Origin: Fonticula alba ATCC 38817 | Taxonomy: Eukaryota > Protista > Nucleariida | Strand: one strand, 5' to 3' | Assembly: GCA_000388065.2 (NCBI GenBank) | Contig: KB932201.1 | DNA: 6,901 nucleotides | In this document: one piece after another, positions 1-6,281 of the stretch | How the letters are laid out: each line of letters begins with the position of its first letter | Numbering within the stretch: the stretch's first letter is position 1 | The notes under the pieces: model-generated | What the model was told of the DNA's origin: nothing | The model's input: the letters and a program-made list of their open reading frames with translations, nothing else | Databases searched by the model: none | Program-made: the position numbers and the translations under genes

Positions 1-20
1 CCCCCCCCACGCGCGAAAAG

Positions 21-1225
21 ACAACATTCTCATGTCCCTGGTGGACGAGGTGAACACCCTTACAGCGGCCGAGGCTCAGCCTCCCCCGTTGCTGGCCACC
101 CAGCGGCCTGTCGATGCCCCCACCTTGGAGTCCTTCTTCCAACTGAATCACGGCGTGTGCGTGTGCCCTCGCCCCCTGCAAACCCGGGTCCGCTCCCTGG
201 CCCTTTGTCATACTGACTTGCAGCCCCGCATTCAACATAGTCTCTCACCAGATCTGGTCGGACTCGTGGCCATGGCCCTCCTCCTGACCCTCCTATCCAA
301 GGAGCATCTTGTGACGCTGAGCCATTCGTCCAACCCCTTCCTTCACATGTGCGCCCCCTTGGCGCCTCGGTCTCCCGCCTGTCTCCCTGTCTTTTGGGCA
401 CCGGCCCCCTTGGCGCCCGGTCCCGCCTCAGCACCCGATCCCCATGCCCCCCTAACCCAATGCGCATGCCCTTCCTGCCCCCCTCCGCCCCTCCGCCCCT
501 CCCTCTACCAGTGACTTCTGTCGGAGCTTCTGTCTCTCCCCGCTGGTCTTCCCCCCTTTGTCTTCGACTTCACTCGGGGAGTTGCTGCTCGAGCGCAACG
601 ACCAAGCGGGCCTACGCTTCGTCGACCTCTCGCGCACGGAGTTTGACCTCCCCTCGGCCGAGATCCTCACCTACTTTGTGCTGTCCACGTCGATCGCCGA
701 GCGCTGCTCGGCCGAGCAGGTGGCCGAGCTTCGCCGCGAGGGGGACACCTTCCTCCGGCGCCTGTCTCTGGAGCCGGACCGTATCGCCCACCGGGCCGCC
801 TCCTCGGACCAGCTGGCCCGGCCAGGGGTCTCCACCCCGCCGGGCTCCATCTCCCCAGCCCAGGAAACCATTCAGGAATTCCAACAGGCCCTCTACTCAC
901 CGGCCTCCTTCGTGCTGGCGTTGCTGGAGGCGGCCCTCGGGCGACTGCTGGCCGAGTAGGCCCTGTCGAGTTCCCTTGGCATGCTCTTTCTGGCTGGTCT
1001 CTCCCCCCTCCCTCTGCCCCTCTTCTTCTTTGCCCCCCCCCCCTTGCCTGGAATGCACACATCGCGTCTCGCCCCAGCGAGATGTCCTTCTTCTTTGATA
1101 AGTTGTTCTGTATTGCTCGGCGCACTGGCCCTCTGTCCTGTTGTCGCGTCGCAGGTGCCCCTGTGGGGCAGGGGCCCCCCGAGCCGCGGAGCGAGCGAGA
1201 GGGTGTTTTTCACGTCAACGTGGGC
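21..1225 (+). CDS. 5'-partial spliced gene encoding a PI3K/PI4K-family kinase-like domain (hinge + C-lobe), probable pseudokinase. Exons: 21-156 (or 154), 241 (or 224)-348, 512-955, 1078-1225 (3' boundary uncertain; alternative donor at 1155)
   Basis: Splicing keeps one frame: xNILMSLVDEVNTL...TLESFFQLNHG..LSPDLVGLVAMALLLTLLSKEHLVTLSHSSNPFLH|IDFCRSFCLSPLVFPP...RFVDLSRTEFDL...AELRREGDTFLRRLSLE...FVLALLEAALGRLLA|DEMSFFFDKLFC. Blocks match the PI3K order and spacing as I recall them: GLIEVV..S.TI hinge; SIQNFF/LLDYF; SCAGYCV.T.ILG (28 aa from G to HIDF in both); HIDFG; FVDLCCQAYNL; PEL...D..[24 protein letters not shown]. The HIDF and terminal-helix motifs appear only across predicted splice junctions, which supports both the splicing and the homology. 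Confidence 0.7.
157..240 (+). other. Intron of gene 1 (GTGCGT...TAG, 84 nt); alternative 155-223 (GTGTGC...CAG, 69 nt)
   Basis: Branch-like TACTGAC at 211-217. Both donor/acceptor pairs preserve the frame. The intervening translation (VCVCPRPLQ...) looks non-coding. The exact pair cannot be resolved. Confidence 0.55.
349..511 (+). other. Intron of gene 1 (GTGCGC...CCAG, 163 nt, phase 2)
   Basis: CTAAC at 452-456 and a long C/T tract before the AG at 510-511. The junction AT|T GAC TTC creates H-I-D-F and joins the frame of ORF 558-959. Confidence 0.85.
956..1077 (+). other. Intron of gene 1 (GTAGGC...CCCCAG, 122 nt, phase 2); contains the apparent TAG stop at 957-959
   Basis: Pyrimidine-rich body ending in CAG at 1075-1077. 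The junction GA|C joins in frame to EMSFFFDKLF (frame of ORF 1082-1444), which resembles the PI3K terminal helix. Confidence 0.75.
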
Positions 1226-1380
1226 GTGAGTGTGCTGCTCGGCACACGGACGGCGGAACGGGGGGGGGGGGGGGCGTTTTTCCTGGTGAGTTCCCCTCTC
1301 ACACCTGGTGTGTATATATTATACGTGCCCCGTCTCTCTGCCTACGCCACTAACCCCCCCTTCATGTGTGAGCACAGCCT

Positions 1381-1480
1381 CCCTCTCTGTTCCCCTTGCT
1401 GCTTCTCGCTCTCGCTCTCTCTCTCTCTCTATCTATCTATCTAGCTCTCTTTTCATCTCTCTCCCTCGCACTCTCTGTCT
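1381..1480. repeat. Imperfect (CT)n / (ATCT)n microsatellite
   Basis: Directly visible: ctcgctctctctctctctctatctatctatctagctctct... Confidence 0.9.
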
Positions 1481-1509
1481 CGGGCTTTCGAACTGTCCCC
1501 GGTCGGCAG

Positions 1510-1533
1510 GGTGATAGTAATAGGGCAGCATGA
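1510..1533 (+). CDS. Possible terminal coding exon of gene 1 (GDSNRAA*)
   Basis: A phase-0 donor GTGAGT at 1226 is compatible with the CAG at 1507-1509, which follows a ~100-nt pyrimidine tract. Competing AGs at 1372, 1377 and 1444 make this uncertain. Confidence 0.3.
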   Translation, partial: GDSNRAA

Positions 1534-1535
1534 TC

Positions 1536-1536
<1 letters not shown>

Positions 1537-1580
<44 letters not shown>

Positions 1581-1633
1581 NNNNNNNNNNNNNNNNNNNN
1601 NNNNNNNNNNNNNNNNNNNCCCCCCCCCCCCCC
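1537..1633. repeat. Poly-C tract (C44 + N39 assembly gap + C14)
   Basis: C at 1537-1580, N at 1581-1619, C at 1620-1633. Confidence 0.95.
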
Positions 1634-2008
1634 TCCCCCTGCCGACCCTCCACACGCATCTTTGCGCCACTGTAAGGCAGCACACCAGCTAAATGACGCA
1701 CACATATCCGACCAGCGCCCCGCCATGCCTGCGGACCCGGCTTTGGCCCCTTCCTGCGCCCCCTTGTGTCCTTCTCTCGATGGACGGAGCGTGACATTGA
1801 GAACGTGTGTGCGCGCGTTTCTCGAGGGGCGAGTGGCACAGGCGAGGGGGAGGAAAAAGATCACCCCCTCTCCTCCCCGAGGCTGATGCACAGCGGAGAG
1901 GGCGGGAAGGAAGGACGGAGGGCGCACTCGCCGGCCGGCCGGCCGGATCACATGGTCGCCGCTCGCCTGGCCGAGGGGGCCCGCCCGGCGAAGAGGAGGG
2001 AGGCAATC

Positions 2009-5000
2009 TCACCACGCCTGGCCGGCCTTCCAGTGCTGAGGGGGCTGGACGATGGTCGGCCCGGGCGGCGGGGCCGGCACGCTCTCATCGAGCGGGTCGA
2101 AGTTCAGCCACACTTGGTTGCCCGCGGCCAGGTCGGCCAGGCTGGCATTCTCCCAGCCAACCGACGGCCGCCAGAAGGAGTATCCCTCCGGGCAGGCAAG
2201 CCGGGCCGATTCATAGTCCCCCTCGGCCGAGGTGAGGACCCACACCGGGCGATCGGACGAGCCATGGGCGGAGGTCACCGGGCCGGGGGGAGACGCGGCC
2301 GGGATGATCCCGGAGCGCAGTCCGGGCACCCGGTCCACCGAGGGCAGGTCATCCTGCGGCCAGGGGAGGATGTGCATTTCGCCCTCCTCCGGCTGGTGGT
2401 GCCGGCGGGCGGCGGTGCCGGCGCGGGCCGCCGCCGCATGGCGCTTCGGGCGGCCGATCGTGCCGCCCTCCTCCGAGTGGATGGCCAGCTCCGGGGCCAG
2501 GGCGCCGAAGAGGGAGTGCAGCTGCTGGCGCAGGCGCAGCTCGCTGGGTCCGCGCACGGCAGCATCCAGGCGCGTGTTCCCGGCTCCGAGGATGTGGGCC
2601 ACGGGGATGACGAAGTCCGGCTGGTCCGGGATCAGGTCCACCCGCATGCAGGCCCCGCGCAGGGGCGTGTCGCAGGGCTCCCGGGTCCACCGGCCGGCCG
2701 TGTTCATGGCCGTGCAAAGAGGCACCCGGCGGCCGGCGCCGGGGCGCACCCCGCCGGCCGTGGCGGTCTTGTTGAAGTGAACGTCTGTGCGCATGGGCGG
2801 GCGATTTCCATTCGTTGCCGTCCCCGCCCCCCCCCCCCCCCCCGCCCCGCGCGCGGCCGACACAGCCGGAAGACGAAAGCCAATGGTTGTGTGAGTAAGG
2901 GCAGCCCGTCGTCGTCATCGTCGTCGATGGCAGGGACCCCCCCCCCTGCGGCGACCAGGCAAGGGCGCCGATCAAATCCCCCACAGGGGGACCTATTCCG
3001 GGCACTTCCCCCCGCCCTCGCAGCCCCCTGTGAAGGAGCGCCCCCGGGGCAGACGCAAAGGAGGCCGGCCCGGGAAAGGACATACCTGACGGCTGGTTCA
3101 GGTCCCACGACCAAACAAGCGCCTCGGTGGTGACCCGCGGGTGGACTTGGTCCAGAGCCTGGCGCGTGACCGAGCACTGGGCCATCTCCCGAATCAGGCT
3201 CGGGGGATACTGCTGGCGCGAGTCCCAGAAGAAGGCCGGCCCCAGGACGATGGAGCCATCCAGGGCCCGGGTTTGCGAGTGGCTGGTGGTCGGGTCGCGC
3301 CAGCCCAGCCGGCAATGGGGCCACGGCCGGAAGTGGCGCGGGGTGAATTGGTTGCCGAACCACAGCGGCGGGATGAACATCAGCTCCGACAGGGTGGTCG
3401 TGATGCCGAGGTAGGGCATGGCCTCGAGGACCAGGCGCTTGCCCATGGCGGCCAGCTGGCGCGAAGTGGGCCACAGGTCGCTGCAGAAGGCCCGCTGCTC
3501 GGTGGTCAGCGGGTGCATGGCCGGGCGGCCGGGGGCCGGGCCGGCGGTGATGATCGCGCGCCCGGCCGTGTCGACCGCCAGCCGGTCGGCCATGCGAGCG
3601 ACATCGTACTCGGCAAAGCACAGGGCGGCCACCGTGCCGCCGACGCGCTCGCGCAGGAAGTTCAGATGGTCCTCCGGGGTGTAGATGGCGCCGCGGGTGA
3701 AAATCGACTCAATCATGGCCACCAGGCGCCGGGCCAGCTGGCGCCGGCGCATGCTCCGCAGGTCCATGAAGAGCACCACGATGTCCGGCTCGGCCGGGAA
3801 GGTGGGCGGCGGGGTGGGATCGAGGCCGAGCCCCTTGGCCGAGGCCGGGCGCCGGGCCGGGCGCAGGCCGGGCGCCGTTGCCGCCGCCAGGGCCGCCTGC
3901 TGGGCCTGCCGGTGCCCGGGCGGCCGGCGGCCGGCCACCTCGCCGGGCCGGTCGTCGCCCTCGTCCGGATCCTGGTCATCGTCGTGGCCCGGCTTGTCCG
4001 GATGCTCGGGGTCCGGCCACGGCCGGGGGCTCTCCGAATCGAAGAACCCCGCGACGTCGTTCTTCAGCACGGTCTCCAGCAGGGGCTTGTCCTTGTCGCA
4101 GCCCAGGCGCTCGGGGTCCCAATTGAGCGGATACCGGCCGGACTTCTTGGCCGCGCGGTTGAGCATATACAGGAAGTCCCGCGGGCAGTGGTCCCAGTGG
4201 CAGATCCGGAAGTCCCCGTGGCGATAGTAGACATCGATCTCCAGGTGCCTGCGTGTGCACATGCGGGGCCGGCCCGAGGCGGCCAGGGGCGCGCGGCAGT
4301 GGCGCGGAGCCCGGGTGCATTCTCGAGTGAGTGTCCCATCCTCGACCGGCGTCCCCTCTCGCTGTCTCGCTCGCGCGCGCGCTCTCTCTCTCTCTCCCTC
4401 TCTCTCTTCCCTTTGGACCCCGCGCTGGTGGGATTATTTCTCTTCGGCCACATTGTGGCGGCGCATCCGCCACAGTGCGCGGCACGCGCTCTCGGGCCCG
4501 GGTGCGCCCGGGGCATGCCCTTGCCCTTCGGTCGGCTGGCCCTTGCAGCGTTGTTCTCCCAGGTCGGGTGCCCTTCCCCCCGCGCGGTCCCCCCCCCCCC
4601 CCCTGCCCCGGGGCATCCTCCTGAAGAGGGCTGTCCTCCTTGACGTACCGGAAGCCCATCTTGAGCTGGTCAATGACACTGTAGCGCTGGTTGGCGATGG
4701 TAACATGGGACTTCTCCTCGCCGTAGTATGGCATCAGGACCTTGTGAAGGCCCTCCTACGTATGGGGGGGAGGCAAGGCAGGTCAGAGCATGGGCAAGGG
4801 CAAGCGCCTGGTCGGGCATCGGCAAATGTCGGCAAATGGGCTGCCCCCGCCGCGGCCTTGTCTTTTGACGCCCGGCCTGTGGCCGGCCGAGGGGGCCGAC
4901 CCCCACATTCGGGGCACCCGTCAGTGGCCGTACCTCCTCCACGCCGAAGCCATACGCCCGGGTGATGGCGGAATTGTGGGAAGTAGGCAGCTCCTTCAGC

Positions 5001-5338
5001 GAGAAGGGCCGATCCCACTGGAGCTTGCGCTGGGTGCGCAGGGCATACGAGGACCACTGGTCGATGGTGACGGTGCCCGGGACGCAGACCTCCGCGCAGA
5101 AGTCGCCATTGCACTGCTCATGCGCGTCGCACTGGACGGGCCCATGCTCGCGGTCGGCCAGCGTCCGCGACCGGACGATGTCCGAGCCGCCAGGCCGCGC
5201 GGCCTGCGGGGAGAAAGCCGCCCGGAGGAGGGGCGTGGTAGCGCCGGCGGCGGCCGGCTGGCGGTGAACCGCCATTCCATGGCCGGAGGCGGCCAGCGCA
5301 CAAAGCGCCAGCCCGATCAGCGGCAGGACAACGCGCAT
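2009..5338 (-). CDS. Secreted PI-PLC X-domain (PLC-like phosphodiesterase, Rv2075c-like/cd08590 type) protein with a C-terminal C-type-lectin-like region, 816 aa. Exons 5338-4934, 4755-4649, 4248-3086, 2784-2009
   Basis: Exon lengths 405+107+1163+776 = 2451 nt = 817 codons including TGA at 2011-2009. All three introns are GT-AG with matching phases. The spliced protein carries W..AL.TQRKL..DRP...PTSHNS, NQRYSVIDQLKMGFR|HLEIDV, RICH, IVVLFMD, IYTP, WPT..QL..MGKRLV and WSW..NQP, which is the typical PI-PLC X motif series. Confidence 0.9.
2099..3113 (-). other. C-type-lectin-like domain in permuted motif order (spans intron 3)
   Basis: WSW..NQPS, C..M...GRW....C......AC, then after an insertion W......YESARLAC...F.RP....EN..L......VWLNF. 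Confidence 0.6.
2785..3085 (-). other. Intron 3 of PLC-like gene (GTATGT...ACAG, 301 nt, phase 1)
   Basis: The junction G|AC (Asp) links WSWDLNQPS to VHFNKT...CTAMNTAGRW in frame. Confidence 0.8.
4249..4648 (-). other. Intron 2 of PLC-like gene (GTACGT...GCAG, 400 nt, phase 2)
   Basis: The junction CG|G restores the conserved QLKMGFRHLEID motif. Confidence 0.92.
4382..4406. repeat. (CT)n microsatellite inside intron 2
   Basis: ctctctctctctctccctctctctc. Confidence 0.9.
4756..4933 (-). other. Intron 1 of PLC-like gene (GTACGG...CGTAG, 178 nt, phase 0)
   Basis: CTGAC branch at 4786-4782 and a C-rich tract. The junction gives GFGVEE|EGLHKVLMPYY. Confidence 0.9.
5282..5338 (-). other. Predicted signal peptide MRVVLPLIGLALCALAASG
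   Basis: Basic residue, hydrophobic core and small residues (A-S-G) at the putative cleavage site. N-glycosylation sequons NKT (563) and NAS (771) are consistent with secretion. No C-terminal TM or GPI-like stretch is visible. Confidence 0.8.
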
Positions 5339-5367
5339 CGGGTGAATGCGGCGCACGCAGGGGCACG

Positions 5368-5384
5368 CACACACACACACACAC
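5368..5384. repeat. (CA)n microsatellite just upstream of the PLC-like ATG
   Basis: cacacacacacacacac. Confidence 0.9.
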
Positions 5385-5715
5385 TTGGAGTCCGGAGGGT
5401 GGCTATGCTGTGGGGGTTGGCCACAGGGTGGGGGGGCGGGGGGGGGGGCGGGAAGAGTCGGGGCGCGAGCCTTGGTAAGAGCAGCGAGCGACCCGGACGG
5501 CAGCCTGGGGAACGGGCGCCAAGTCCAAGAGAGACGGCGGGGCGAGGGCGCGGGCGGGCAGAGGAAGGATGCAGGAGGGGCGTGCGCGGGCGTGTTTCAG
5601 GGACCGGGCGCGCAGGGGATATGGTGCTTGTGTGGGCCCCCAACATGGGGGGGGAGGGCCACTGCCACATGGTGCCCTCTATATTTATCGGCTCCTACCT
5701 GCCGAGGCCGCCGAG

Positions 5716-5717
<2 letters not shown>

Positions 5718-5750
<33 letters not shown>

Positions 5751-5762
5751 GCACATACACAC
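5718..5762. repeat. Imperfect (CA)n microsatellite
   Basis: cacacacacacacacacacacacacacacgcacgcacatacacac. Confidence 0.9.
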
Positions 5763-6201
5763 TCGGCCGCCCCCCGCGCCGGGAGGGGACAACCCCTCGC
5801 GCGGCTGCGGGCTCACACCTGGGGACCGGCCGCGCCATGCTCCATGCGATCAAGGCCCCAGGGAGCCAGCCGAACAAGGAGGATGGCCGGGCCTCGAGGA
5901 TCGGGCGACCGCGCCCCCCCCCCCCCGCCGGCGCCCTCATCCCAGAGACCCGGTAGACACCTCTTTCCAGAGCGATGGGTTGCCACTCGGCAGGACCGAG
6001 GGCCTGGTCGCGAGAGAAAGGCAGGGACGGCAGGAGGACCGGCGCAAAGTGCTTCCGCCTCTCGGGTGCCCCCTGTCCCTGGCTCCTTGCTCCGGGGTTC
6101 GTCGATCGTCGACGCCGGCACAGCCGCGAGGGTGGACCGAGATCGGCCCCGATCGCGGAACAGACCACCTGCACACGCATCCCAAGGGGCGGCGGGGGCC
6201 T

Positions 6202-6281
6202 GGGCGAAATAAAAATGGGAAAAAAAACAACCAAATCCCGCCATTGTGGGTAATAAAGTGGGGGCGAAAATAAATTTAACT
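6202..6281. promoter_or_regulatory. AT-rich island, possible promoter/nucleosome-depleted region or poly(A)-signal cluster
   Basis: The only extended A-rich stretch in the window. AATAAA at 6208, 6252 and 6269; GGGCGAAA(A)TAAA at 6202 and 6262. Function is inferred only. Confidence 0.3.

Noticed and set aside
957-959. TAG as the constitutive stop of gene 1
   Set aside because: It overlaps a donor whose in-frame splice restores a terminal-helix-like motif. Kept only as a possible retention isoform.
21-1225. TRRAP/Tra1 (PIKK pseudokinase) assignment
   Set aside because: No FATC-like aromatic C-terminal motif or PFRLT-like motif is visible, and HIDF, FVDL and the terminal helix look more like lipid PI3Ks.
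1433-1951. Poly-Gly/poly-Pro ORFs across the gap
   Set aside because: Artefacts of the homopolymer and the N run.
2903-2927. (GAC)n / poly-Asp stretch as a hidden coding exon
   Set aside because: Its frame stops at 2704 and the simpler 3086^2784 splice already gives a complete protein. Treated as an intronic triplet repeat and noted only as a possible alternative acceptor.
2349-3085. C-terminal part of the 637-aa minus-strand ORF
   Set aside because: Read-through of intron 3 (strong GTATGT donor at 3085) and an off-frame reading of exon 4. Family motifs continue in the 2009-2863 frame.
3141-4643. 500-aa plus-strand ORF (also 1766-3133, 455 aa)
   Set aside because: Antisense shadows of the GC-rich PLC coding exons. 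No recognisable motifs, and they run through microsatellite and poly-C intron sequence.
5339-5380. GTG-started extension MCVCACPCVRRIHP
   Set aside because: Translation of a CA microsatellite. The ATG at 5338 begins a clean signal peptide.
5680-5688. TATA-like ATAAATATA on the minus strand ~340 nt upstream of the PLC ATG
   Set aside because: A single short match with no transcription-start evidence. Too weak to call.
4790-6273. Long Arg/Gly/Pro-rich ORFs (388, 288 and 234 aa)
   Set aside because: Low complexity, they include translated CA repeats and G-runs, and they are expected by chance at this GC content.
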